Shown in pieces: positions 19,318 through 28,128 of a DNA stretch of 33,098 nt (position 1 is its first letter; every line of letters begins with the position of its first letter). The notes beneath the pieces are model-generated. The model ran no database searches, was not told the DNA's origin, and saw only the letters and a list, made by a program, of their open reading frames with translations. The translations under genes and the position numbers were made by a program. The stretch comes from an uncultured bacterium (GTDB lineage Bacteria; Patescibacteriota; Microgenomatia; UBA1400; PJMF01). The DNA lies in the NCBI GenBank assembly GCA_903891335.1, contig CAITDX010000044.1, positions 1 through 33,098 of the forward strand. Direction: 5' to 3'.

Positions 19318-19669
19318 TTTCGCTCATGGGTTAGCTGCTGAAGATTTAGCCCTCCACTTTCTCCTTCTGAAGAACTATCGTTTGCTCGACCGCAATGTGC
19401 GGCTTGGCAATTTCGAAATTGATCTCATTATGCTTGATCTGACTTTTGATGAAATTGTTTTTGTCGAAGTCAAATATCGCCGTTCTATGCAAGCTGGAGA
19501 GGGGAGTATCAGTGTCGATGCGCGCAAAATCAATCGCATGAACCAGGTTGCTCACGCCTTTTTACGCAAACACGACTACCAAAAAGCGTATCGATTTGAT
19601 ATCATATCCATCGTTGGTAATTTGCAGAGTCCAGAGATACTTCATTTCGAGAATATCACTTGGCTCTAA
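19310..19669 (+). CDS. yraN: YraN (UPF0102) PD-(D/E)xK nuclease family; start uncertain
   Basis: [25 protein letters not shown]; nearest possible start is CTG 19310, otherwise GTGs inside rplS. Confidence 0.85.
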   Translation: MPNFAHGLAAEDLALHFLLLKNYRLLDRNVRLGNFEIDLIMLDLTFDEIVFVEVKYRRSMQAGEGSISVDARKINRMNQVAHAFLRKHDYQKAYRFDIISIVGNLQSPEILHFENITWL

Positions 19670-19701
19670 ATCAAATGAACAAACCAGCGCACAATCTAGA
19701 C

Positions 19702-19773
19702 GGCCCCATCGTCTAGCGGTTAGGACTTCGGGTTTTCATCCCGGCAACTGGGGTTCGATTCCCCATGGGGTCA
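19702..19773 (+). tRNA. tRNA-Glu(TTC)
   Basis: GGCCCCA acceptor stem, anticodon loop TTTTCAT, GGTTCGATTCC; CCA not encoded. Confidence 0.96.
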
Positions 19774-19779
19774 CAAGAT

Positions 19780-19807
19780 AAAAAGAGCGGTTTATCCGCT
19801 CTTTTTT
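19780..19807 (+). terminator. Intrinsic terminator after tRNA-Glu
   Basis: AAAAGAGCGG-TTTAT-CCGCTCTTTT followed by T run. Confidence 0.88.
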
Positions 19808-19958
19808 GTTATTTTATCCTCGCTGGAGAATTTGTAGCAAGCAATCTCGTATTCCCCATGATGAATAAACACAACTAACCCACAAGAAACTACCTCGCTT
19901 GCACAAATGAAGCGCAATGGACTACAATATACTCAGTACCAATTTTACGGGATATACA

Positions 19959-20903
19959 ATGCCAAACATCGCCAATGACCAAGCAACGGCAACAGCAAGT
20001 GAGCAAGCACAACAAGCTTCCATCATGCAAGCGCCAACAGAAACAAAGAGTCAAGATCAAAAACCAGCTAAAAAACCCATGATGGTTGTAGCTGGAGTAG
20101 CTGCGGTCGCTATTATTGCCGCAGGCATTTACTTCATTGCTAGTTCATTGGCCGCTCCTGCCAAAATTCGTGAGCAAGCTCTCCTAACTCAAGATGTTGT
20201 CACCGACTATAACAAAACCCTCAGTGATATCATGACTGCAGTAGTTGAAGATGAACCTGAAACTTCTGCGGGAATGGAGCGCAGTCTTGAGGAAGCTGAA
20301 AACTCATTGAGAAATGCAGAAGAACAGCAAAAGAATCTTAATGAATTGAGTGAAAAAATCACCATGCGCCAACTTAAAGAATACCGAACTGCACTTGATG
20401 AATACATCCAAGTAGCCAATGAAGTCGTTGCCGTTCAAAAAGACTACGTCGCTATTGGCGAGAAATATATTGCTCCCTTCAAAGCATATGAAGAATTTAA
20501 CGTCGCCATCGCTGGCGTCAGCAATTACATGTACTCAGATCCAGGTAAATATGTATCTGAACTAGAAAAATATATCGGTCAACATGATGACATCTACCAG
20601 CAATTCAAAGGCATGCAGCCAGCTGGCTGGTTTGTTGAAGGCCATGATGTCCTCCTGAAATCAATTGATGCGACCACTGGTCTGCTTAAATCAATGAAGG
20701 ACGCTGTCGGCAAACGCTCACAACAAGACATCATTGCTGCTACTCAAAAATTTGAAGAAGTCATGCAAAGCATCAACACTGATTCAGAAAAAGCTGAAGA
20801 TGGCTTCGATAAGAAAGCCAAAGAGCTATCTGATCGTCTTGAGGACGCCTACAATGATGTCGAGGATGAGTACAACAGTATTAAAGTCCAATACAAACTC
20901 TAA
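19959..20903 (+). CDS. Membrane-anchored coiled-coil hypothetical protein
   Basis: Single TM followed by a long acidic helical region; promoter-like TTGCAC (19899) / TACAAT (19923) favours ATG 19959. Confidence 0.75.
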   Translation: MPNIANDQATATASEQAQQASIMQAPTETKSQDQKPAKKPMMVVAGVAAVAIIAAGIYFIASSLAAPAKIREQALLTQDVVTDYNKTLSDIMTAVVEDEPETSAGMERSLEEAENSLRNAEEQQKNLNELSEKITMRQLKEYRTALDEYIQVANEVVAVQKDYVAIGEKYIAPFKAYEEFNVAIAGVSNYMYSDPGKYVSELEKYIGQHDDIYQQFKGMQPAGWFVEGHDVLLKSIDATTGLLKSMKDAVGKRSQQDIIAATQKFEEVMQSINTDSEKAEDGFDKKAKELSDRLEDAYNDVEDEYNSIKVQYKL

Positions 20904-20904
20904 A

Positions 20905-21969
20905 TTACTCTGATAACGGAATCCAACCAATTTCAGCAGCGGTGTGCCGGTTAATCACCAGTTCACCCTGCTGAAATTCGGCTCGGTGAAACTCACCTTC
21001 TCTTTGTTCAATCAATCCACACATAATATCGCCAGTTTTCTGAGGAAAAGTCGGCTGCTGATCGGGATTACCGCGACCAGTTGCCTCACAACCATATTCA
21101 TTTTCTAGATATTTATCCTTGGCTCCAAAGAGGTGAAGGGTCTCATGAGCTGCAATCTCAACGAGGGTGGAGGCAAATGCCACTGAGAAATCATAGGCGT
21201 TGACATACGCTTGTCGCTGTCCTTCATCGCTAAAGGAACGAAAAGCTTTCTGATCATAGAATGAATCAGCAGTCTCATCGCCTAAAAAACTATCATCAAA
21301 ATAAATAAAAAGCGCAGATTTTCCTTCGCCAAGGACAATCTTGTGCTTGGCAAGAATAGTTGCAAATTGATCCTGTAACTTCTGGACTGCATAGACATCT
21401 CGATCCCAAAACTCCATCACATCACCAACTCGATTAACTGCAAGCTCTTCAATGGTGGGAGCCAGATGGAGGACAAGCGTAAATGGCTTGGCTCGATAGT
21501 TACGCGCTTGCTCTGCAAAAAAGGTGTGCATCGCAAAAAGAGAATCGTAGCGAGTGCTAGAAAATTGTTGTAATTGTTTAATGAGAGGCATGATTTGTGC
21601 ATCGCTTGTGTCTGGCGGACGCACAAAAAAGACATAGAGGTTTTGAATCCCAACCAGCTGTGGACGCTCGAGTGGTGCCTGCTGTCGCAATTGCGCACGC
21701 TCTGCCTGCTCTTGGGTTTGTTGCTCAAGCAACGCCTGATAAGCTACATCGGCTGCCTCTCTTGCAGCTTGCTTGTCCTGCTGCCGTTGGTGCAGGCTCA
21801 CCCGCAATCGCAGATTTGCCACTACCACCTGCAGAAGTGCTAGTGAAACCACTACAACTCCCAGCCAAATTAACAAGCGTTTCTTTGACTGAGCTTTGAG
21901 CCACTTTGAAAGAGTAATCATTAAGTGGTAGATGCGTTCTTGAAGGTGATTGAAATGAGCCGACAACAT
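20905..21969 (-). CDS. Membrane-anchored putative zinc metallopeptidase
   Basis: TM and coiled coil, then HETLHLFGAKD (HExxHxxGxxD) and a DIM Met-turn-like motif. Confidence 0.7.
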   Translation of the reverse strand: MLSAHFNHLQERIYHLMITLSKWLKAQSKKRLLIWLGVVVVSLALLQVVVANLRLRVSLHQRQQDKQAAREAADVAYQALLEQQTQEQAERAQLRQQAPLERPQLVGIQNLYVFFVRPPDTSDAQIMPLIKQLQQFSSTRYDSLFAMHTFFAEQARNYRAKPFTLVLHLAPTIEELAVNRVGDVMEFWDRDVYAVQKLQDQFATILAKHKIVLGEGKSALFIYFDDSFLGDETADSFYDQKAFRSFSDEGQRQAYVNAYDFSVAFASTLVEIAAHETLHLFGAKDKYLENEYGCEATGRGNPDQQPTFPQKTGDIMCGLIEQREGEFHRAEFQQGELVINRHTAAEIGWIPLSE

Positions 21970-21995
21970 ACTGCTATTAGTATACGCGCAGAGAA

Positions 21996-22550
21996 CTACT
22001 CAGTCGCTGGCTGTTGTATCAGTAACCCCAACTTCTTGGTCGTATTCCAATTTCTGATGGTCATTTCCTGATAAATTGGCAACTGCACGATACGACTGAG
22101 GTGACTTTGGCTGAGTTTAGCGATCTGACGAGTGAAGTAGAGCACTCCTGGACCAGCGGTAACCTTATCAACTCCTTGTTTGAGTGTCAGTTGCGAAAGC
22201 GCTGTTTCTACTAACTCTGGGGCACTGAGAAAAAGCACGTCATAGCGATACTGATCAGGATTTTGACCAAATGCAGGCGGTTTCTGTTTGATAATCTGCT
22301 CAACTGCCGCCTGCGTTAGCACCCAAACTCGAATGGCAATACCAAAACGCTCTTGTATAACTGCCTGCACTTGTTGTTGTAATGCTTTTTCAGATAAGTG
22401 GCTGCAAAGTAAGACATTGCCGCTCTGGATATAGGTCTGAACTTGAGTGAAACCAGCTGCTGTTAGAGAATCCCTCAAGGCACTCATTGCAATGATGTTT
22501 TTGCCACCGACATTGATGCCACGTAGAAGAATGAGAAAAGGCTGAGACAT
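21996..22550 (-). CDS. DUF1697 family protein
   Basis: LLRGINVGG, VQTYIQSGN, TIRNWNT. Confidence 0.9.
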   Translation of the reverse strand: MSQPFLILLRGINVGGKNIIAMSALRDSLTAAGFTQVQTYIQSGNVLLCSHLSEKALQQQVQAVIQERFGIAIRVWVLTQAAVEQIIKQKPPAFGQNPDQYRYDVLFLSAPELVETALSQLTLKQGVDKVTAGPGVLYFTRQIAKLSQSHLSRIVQLPIYQEMTIRNWNTTKKLGLLIQQPATE

Positions 22551-22712
22551 TAGTGGAAATTATAGACAAAAATATGCGAATCTGGCAAGAAAGCTAAAAA
22601 TGTGCTCTATCGCTACTGTTACTATTTGATATATTTTGATATAATACATTATATTATTATATTGATAGATATAGATATGTAGTTTCTATCTATCCAAATA
22701 AATAAAATCTAT

Positions 22713-23609
22713 ATGAAGACCACCTTCAAAATCAGCACTAACTTCTGCATGGCTCTTACTGTATTTAGTATGATGCTTTTTTCAGCTACAAATGCGGAAA
22801 AAATTAATAGCATCGTTCGACCAGTCGAAGCAGCTAGACCAGAAAAAATTGATATTTGTCATGCTACTGACTCTCACACTAATCCTTATGATAACGGCAA
22901 AAAAGAAGTTAGCTATGACTCAATCGTCACCGTGCCAAATGGTCATGACACTCACAATGGCCCAGTTTGGTATGCTGGCATTGCCGATCATAGTTGGGGA
23001 GATATCATCCCTCCATTTAGCTGGACAGAGTGTCCTGAGGATGAGGCTGCATATACTAGTGATGACTCAACTAAGGCATGCAAAATTAATTTACCAGGAG
23101 GTGTAAAAAAATACACTGATGAAGTTGCAAAAAACTACGCCGGTAAAAACTGGACTACTGAAGGTCAGGCCGTTTTCAACAACAACTGTGAAATCCCAGG
23201 AGACACCTGTGAAGAAACCGTCGCTTGTCCCACTCAATGTGACTACGAAGGCGGAGAAATTGAAGGTGAATGTGGCCCAATTGAATGTGATGCGACAGAA
23301 TCTTGTGAAGAGGTTGATCCTTGCGAAGAAAACCCTGAATTAGAGGAATGCCAGGAACCAACTCCTACTCCCACCGCAACTCCTACTCCAAGTGTGACTC
23401 CAACCGCAACTCCCACTCCAGAAGATCCCAACAATGAGTCTTCCAAGCTGTGGGTAGAGCACTTGGCTTGTGACCAATATGATTTCCGTGCTGAGATGGA
23501 TCTGAAAACTGATGACAAACCAGTCCAAGATGTGCTCGTCACCTTCACTTACAATGGTTTAAGCAAGAATGCCTACACCAACAAAGATGGCCGTGCTTCA
23601 ACTTTGTGA
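22713..23609 (+). CDS. Secreted surface protein, N-terminal part (signal peptide, CHAT..NPY domain, Cys-rich region, PT linker)
   Basis: Signal peptide, ICHATDSHTNPY, WGDIIPPF; stops mid-domain at TNKDGRASTL* inside a hairpin. Confidence 0.8.
   Translation: MKTTFKISTNFCMALTVFSMMLFSATNAEKINSIVRPVEAARPEKIDICHATDSHTNPYDNGKKEVSYDSIVTVPNGHDTHNGPVWYAGIADHSWGDIIPPFSWTECPEDEAAYTSDDSTKACKINLPGGVKKYTDEVAKNYAGKNWTTEGQAVFNNNCEIPGDTCEETVACPTQCDYEGGEIEGECGPIECDATESCEEVDPCEENPELEECQEPTPTPTATPTPSVTPTATPTPEDPNNESSKLWVEHLACDQYDFRAEMDLKTDDKPVQDVLVTFTYNGLSKNAYTNKDGRASTL
23358..23420 (+). repeat. Pro-Thr linker repeat
   Basis: Encodes PTPTPTATPTPSVTPTATPTP. Confidence 0.8.
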
Positions 23610-23625
23610 ACAAACAATTCACAAC
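23603..23625. other. Apparent 23-nt frame-disrupting hairpin insert
   Basis: TTGTGAA-CAAACAA-TTCACAA (23604-23624); CAAC repeated at 23599-23602 and 23622-23625; removing it fuses the two ORFs. Confidence 0.65.
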
Positions 23626-23899
23626 CTCTTTCACCTTCACTGGTGAAGCAGTCGTCAAGGCTACTCCAAACAATGGTTTTGCTACTCAAGAAACCAAAGC
23701 AACTGCCGAAACTAACTGTCAGGAAATGGGTGCCATCAGTACTCCAGTCAGCACTCCAGCTAGTTCTGGTCAAGTCCTTGGTGCGAATACCTACGCCGAA
23801 ACTGGTGTCTTCGAAGACGTGCTTATGAGCATTGTCGGTCTCAGTGGTGCTACAATGACTTCTGTCGGAGCCATGTTGCATGCCAAGAAGAAGAACTAA
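23606..23899 (+). CDS. C-terminal part of the surface protein, carrying the sortase sorting signal
   Basis: GQVLGA, YAETG (LPxTG-like), hydrophobic segment and basic tail KKKN; no signal peptide of its own; -1 frame relative to the upstream ORF. Confidence 0.75.
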   Translation: MNKQFTTSFTFTGEAVVKATPNNGFATQETKATAETNCQEMGAISTPVSTPASSGQVLGANTYAETGVFEDVLMSIVGLSGATMTSVGAMLHAKKKN

Positions 23900-24485
23900 A
23901 CAGATTCAAAAGCCAGCAAAACGCAAACAGCGCTTTGCTTCACTATCACAACTGAATATCCCTATCGCCTTAATGGTGGTAGGGATATTTTTGATGGCTC
24001 TCTCAGGTCTACACTGGTATTTCCGCTATCAAGCGCTTACCATCAGTGAGACAATACTCGGTCAATATGCTTCCTATGAAGTTGAAGGGGCAGAGCGTCG
24101 ACCAGTCCACATCAAGATTCCTTGGTTTGTCGATGTCGACATTAGCCAACAAACCTTAGTGGCAAATCAGTGGACAATCGCTGAGAAAGAAGCTTCGCAT
24201 CTAGCCAGCTCGGCCCGACCTGGCGAGCAAGGCAACATCATCATTTATGGCCACAACACGCGGCAAATCATGGGCAATATTCGCGCACTCAAAGGTAATG
24301 AAATCATCACCCTGACTACCGCTGACGGCCAAGAACATCGCTATCGCATCACCAAGATTGCCGAAGTTCAACCAGATGAAACTGAGTTTCTCCTGCCAAC
24401 ACAAACGGAAACCCTGACGCTCTATACTTGCTCAGGATTCATGGACCGCCTCAGATTTGTGGTGAGGGGGGAGAGGGTGGAGTAA
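23880..24485 (+). CDS. Sortase
   Basis: N-terminal TM; catalytic His (YGHN), Cys (TLYTC) and Arg (RFVV). Confidence 0.92.
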   Translation: MPRRRTKQIQKPAKRKQRFASLSQLNIPIALMVVGIFLMALSGLHWYFRYQALTISETILGQYASYEVEGAERRPVHIKIPWFVDVDISQQTLVANQWTIAEKEASHLASSARPGEQGNIIIYGHNTRQIMGNIRALKGNEIITLTTADGQEHRYRITKIAEVQPDETEFLLPTQTETLTLYTCSGFMDRLRFVVRGERVE

Positions 24486-24488
24486 AGT

Positions 24489-25028
24489 CTAAATTTGCTT
24501 CCAAACAAAGAAAGTTTTTTTGTCTTTTTGGACTTCAATATATCCACTAGGATTAAAATCTCTTTCAGAGAGATTTACGGATCCTTCGTGTTTTTTGTAC
24601 TCTGTCTTTAATCCTGGATAACTTGGAGAATCAATCGTTTCGTCTTCTCGGCCAATATATTCAATGTCAGTGCTATGCGTGACTCCTAATTCCTCTCTAA
24701 GAGCTCGAGTAATGGCATTCATAACATTCTCATTCGGAGACATTTTTTCACTCACTCCAGACAAACCTCGTCGGCGAGTCCGTCCATCACTAAATTCTTG
24801 CCTATCTTCAATTAGTTGAAAAGTGACTCCATCCTTGCTAAAGTACACTTCGACGTGCACAAATTCAACTCTTCTCAATAGTTCATTCCCTGACTCAACT
24901 AAGTGTGTTTCACCTGCAAGCACTTCTTTGACGAGGTGTTCAAGAGTTTTAGCTTTTCCAACACCCCAATTTTCAGTACTAATGCCATGTTTTTCTAACT
25001 TTTGTTTTATCTGATGTTCAATTGACAT
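24489..25028 (-). CDS. Nudix-fold protein
   Basis: Degenerate Nudix box E..NAITRALREELGV; SPSYPGL. Confidence 0.65.
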   Translation of the reverse strand: MSIEHQIKQKLEKHGISTENWGVGKAKTLEHLVKEVLAGETHLVESGNELLRRVEFVHVEVYFSKDGVTFQLIEDRQEFSDGRTRRRGLSGVSEKMSPNENVMNAITRALREELGVTHSTDIEYIGREDETIDSPSYPGLKTEYKKHEGSVNLSERDFNPSGYIEVQKDKKTFFVWKQI

Positions 25029-25093
25029 AAAAAATCTTTCATTATAATTAGTTAATTATACACCTCATCTAAAAGAAACCCATAAAAATCTTA

Positions 25094-25924
25094 CTACTTT
25101 ATCTCCTCTAACATTCCCTTCTTCTCATCGGGAGTCAAACCCTTCAAATCATCACCTTTGCCCTTATCTTTACCTTGGTTGTCCTCGCCGTTGCCGTTCT
25201 TACCATTTCCACCCTTATTTTCACTCTCATCTTCCTCTTCGCCTTCAAACTCCATGTCTTCTAATTCTTGGATAATTTGCTCGATGTTTGATTGGGTTTG
25301 CTCAATTTGCTGGGCTACTTGCTCAGAAGTAGTTGGAACAAGCGGAACAGCGGGAGCAGTAGTTGTATTGGCAGAAGGCATATTATTTCCGGTGGCATTC
25401 GTTGGTGGAAGCTGAGCATCCTGCTGGGTAGTCGTTGGCTGAGTAGTTCCAACCACACCTGATTGACCCATCTTACCTTGCGGCGCGGCTGCTTGGTGAG
25501 TCGTCGTCTGACTCGTTTCTTGCACAACCACTCGTTTCTGTTCTTCCAAATCAGCGTTCATTTTCTTGAGCGTAGCTACATAGGTATTACGCGCCTCTGT
25601 TTTGACCGTCGCACTTTTAATTTGCTTGATATCAGTAGTTGTCGCTGACAACTGTTGGTTGAGCTGGACGATACCAGTGGCAGCATATTCGCTGGTCGCA
25701 ACTTTTTGAAATTCATTGAATCGGCGCTCGGCGATCTTAACCTGCGTCGCAGATTGCAAGGCATCGGAGGGACTTAGTAAGGCAAGTGCAACTTTCTCTA
25801 GCGACAACTTCCATGAATAGGTTGCGTCTCCTGGTACAGCATTCCAAGAAGCCAGTGCCATTCCACTGGGAGTAATGAGGAAAAGAAGCAAAGCCCACAC
25901 CGCGATATCGAGGTATTTTTTCAT
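25094..25924 (-). CDS. DUF5667 domain exported protein
   Basis: AVPGDATYSWKLSLEK, AERRFNE; low-complexity T/Q and G/N/K tail; SD AAGGAG. Confidence 0.78.
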   Translation of the reverse strand: MKKYLDIAVWALLLFLITPSGMALASWNAVPGDATYSWKLSLEKVALALLSPSDALQSATQVKIAERRFNEFQKVATSEYAATGIVQLNQQLSATTTDIKQIKSATVKTEARNTYVATLKKMNADLEEQKRVVVQETSQTTTHQAAAPQGKMGQSGVVGTTQPTTTQQDAQLPPTNATGNNMPSANTTTAPAVPLVPTTSEQVAQQIEQTQSNIEQIIQELEDMEFEGEEEDESENKGGNGKNGNGEDNQGKDKGKGDDLKGLTPDEKKGMLEEIK

Positions 25925-25969
25925 ACAAGAAAAACTCCTTCTCTTCCATGGTATCATATCTACCATCTC

Positions 25970-26551
25970 ATGAATCTATCTTCTTATTCTCACCTCATCT
26001 TCGACTTCGACGAAACCATCGCCACACTACAGATTCGCTGGCCAGAGTGGCATAGGCAAATCGCATCAGTCGTCCAAAACTATGAGGCAGATTTCAACGC
26101 TGAGGACGCTGCCAAGCTGACCATGTACGACATTCACGGCTACATCGATCGTTATGGCAAGGCTTTTCGCGATGATTTTGTGGCTTTTGAGCAGCGAATT
26201 GAGACGCAAAATTATCAGGGTTTTGACATTGTCCCGGCTGGTTTCGCCTTACTTAAACAGGCACAGCAAGAGCAGAAGCAACTTTACCTACTAACCTCCA
26301 ATTGCCGAGCGGTAGTGGGACCAGTCCTGATTGAACTCAGTATCAAAGATTATTTTCAGCGCATTATCACCGTTGATGATGTCGACAATCTCAAACCGAG
26401 TGCTGCACCATGGCAACTCATTGCTACAACTAAAGCGGAACAGCAAATTCCTAAAGCCAAGTGGTTGATGGTGGGAGATAGTGCTTCGGATAGTGGCTTC
26501 GCAGCAGCAGTTGGGATTGATTTTGTTAATGTCAATCAACTTACTCACTAA
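25970..26551 (+). CDS. HAD-IA family hydrolase
   Basis: IFDFDETI, LTSN, KP, MVGDS.SD. Confidence 0.88.
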   Translation: MNLSSYSHLIFDFDETIATLQIRWPEWHRQIASVVQNYEADFNAEDAAKLTMYDIHGYIDRYGKAFRDDFVAFEQRIETQNYQGFDIVPAGFALLKQAQQEQKQLYLLTSNCRAVVGPVLIELSIKDYFQRIITVDDVDNLKPSAAPWQLIATTKAEQQIPKAKWLMVGDSASDSGFAAAVGIDFVNVNQLTH

Positions 26552-26854
26552 GTGCAACCCAAACTGAATGTACGTCTAACTTAAGGTTTCTGATCCCTAA
26601 TTCTGGAATAAATAGCTCAAACTGAATGTTCTTTCCATCTCTGGTAATTTCCCTTCCACTCTGATAATGGTCTTCCATGAGTGCCTTGAGTAATGGAGAG
26701 TAATCATCGATTTCTATGATGTGAGACCAATCCTTCGATATTTAATTTGACCCTCGAAAGTCTTGTTGGTCTTCTTACATGTAGCAGAAGCCTCTACAAC
26801 CTGATATTCTCTACTGAACTGACCTTCTGGCGGTGTTGATGGAACTTCAATCAT
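26541..26854 (-). pseudogene. Frameshifted hypothetical gene (~104 aa)
   Basis: MIEVPSTPPE...FEGQIK continues in another frame as ISKDWSHIIEIDD...VWVALSE*; one extra A near 26741 restores the ORF. Confidence 0.55.
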
Positions 26855-26896
26855 AGGTGGTTAATTTATAAAATAGATTGCGCCACAAATAAACCT

Positions 26897-27649
26897 TCAA
26901 ATCATCAGGTTTCCAAAAATTACTGCTGAACAATCCTCAAAAATCCCCACTCCCACATGACTCCAATCGCCAAGTTGGTTACCATCATGATCAGGGTCGG
27001 CAGCATACATCCACTCAATCAGATGAGTGCCACTCAAGCGCATGTGCGTGCTCATGTTTTCCCCCAACCAATAAAAACCCAAGGTTTTATAGCCTTCTTC
27101 TTCACTCACATACCGCTTGAAACCCTCATGACTGTCTGAGCCATGCTGACAGATGAACGTTGCTCGCTCGAGCGCATAGCGAGCCAAGCGATCATCCCAG
27201 GTCAAATTTGACTTACCTTTGGTATAGCGATAGTGGTTGAGGGCCTGGAAGGTTTCCTGAGGGGTGCCCATTTGCTCATCGAAGCCCACTTTCATCCGCC
27301 AACCTGTTTCACTGACTTGCACTGCTTGTCCCCAGGGTACATCACGCAAATCGGGATCATGAGCATAGGGGTCGACTGGAGCTGGCGTGGGAGTTGCAGT
27401 CAGAGAGGGAATTGAAGATGATGAAGGTGCCTCAGCCGTAGCACTGCCTGTGGCCTCGCGAGTAGCTGCTGTCCTTGTTGACTGCTGACGCTGATCAAAA
27501 GTAAGCAAAGTTCGCCAGAGATTAGGTAGGCTCCAGGCTTGCAATTTACCCTGATTATAGAAGTTCAGCGCAAAAGCCACTCCAGCGAACAATGCGATTG
27601 CCACAACCAATACAAGAATAATTCGCTGCCAATGACTAAAGAGCTTCAT
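26897..27649 (-). CDS. CAP (SCP) domain protein
   Basis: ALNHYR, LTWDDRLA..A, SH, LGEN, H..N, HVGVG; N-terminal TM and S/T/P linker. Confidence 0.85.
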   Translation of the reverse strand: MKLFSHWQRIILVLVVAIALFAGVAFALNFYNQGKLQAWSLPNLWRTLLTFDQRQQSTRTAATREATGSATAEAPSSSSIPSLTATPTPAPVDPYAHDPDLRDVPWGQAVQVSETGWRMKVGFDEQMGTPQETFQALNHYRYTKGKSNLTWDDRLARYALERATFICQHGSDSHEGFKRYVSEEEGYKTLGFYWLGENMSTHMRLSGTHLIEWMYAADPDHDGNQLGDWSHVGVGIFEDCSAVIFGNLMI

Positions 27650-28124
27650 GATTCAATAGAGTTTGGGCGTCAGCCAACACTTCACTAGCGTGTGAGGCGG
27701 GCTTGACCGCTGGATAAATTTTAGCAATTTTTCCCTCTGAATCAATTAAAAATGACATGCGCTTAATGCCAATAAATTTCTTACCGAACATGCTTTTTTC
27801 GGCCAAAACGCCATATGCTTGCAGCATGGTTTTGTCAGTGTCAGCCAGCAAGGGGAAGGGCAGCTTGAATTTATCAGCAAACTTGGCGTGGCTCTGTACC
27901 GAATCAGCACTAATACCCAAGACCGCCACTCCCAGCTCAGTTAGCTCTGACCAGGCATCACGCAATCCACAAGCTTCAGTGGTACAACCAGGCGTATCGT
28001 CTTTGGGATAGAAATAGAGCAGCAACAAGCGCCCCACATAGTCACGAAGCTGGTGTAACTGACCATTTTGATCTAATAAAGAAAATTCTGGAGCTTTAAC
28101 CCCAGTCGAGAGGGTTGTTGTCAT
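27636..28124 (-). CDS. bcp: Peroxiredoxin BCP
   Basis: YFYPKDDTPGCTTEAC, GISAD, R.SFLID. Confidence 0.95.
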   Translation of the reverse strand: MTTTLSTGVKAPEFSLLDQNGQLHQLRDYVGRLLLLYFYPKDDTPGCTTEACGLRDAWSELTELGVAVLGISADSVQSHAKFADKFKLPFPLLADTDKTMLQAYGVLAEKSMFGKKFIGIKRMSFLIDSEGKIAKIYPAVKPASHASEVLADAQTLLNHEAL

Positions 28125-28128
28125 ACTT

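Noticed and set aside
19892-19901. ACCTCGCTTG shared with 4900-4909 near another tRNA
   Set aside because: Only 10 bp, opposite orientation relative to the tRNAs and overlapping a likely -35; chance is plausible
22610-22712. AT-rich GATA/TATC repeats as a CRISPR array or origin
   Set aside because: No repeat-spacer periodicity; explained by an extended -10 promoter and one weak hairpin
23607-23609. TGA read-through (genetic code 25) explaining the split gene
   Set aside because: The sorting signal is in a different frame, and TGA terminates lexA normally
23605-23623. TGTGA...TCACA as a CRP site
   Set aside because: Spacer is 9 nt rather than 6, and it lies inside a coding region
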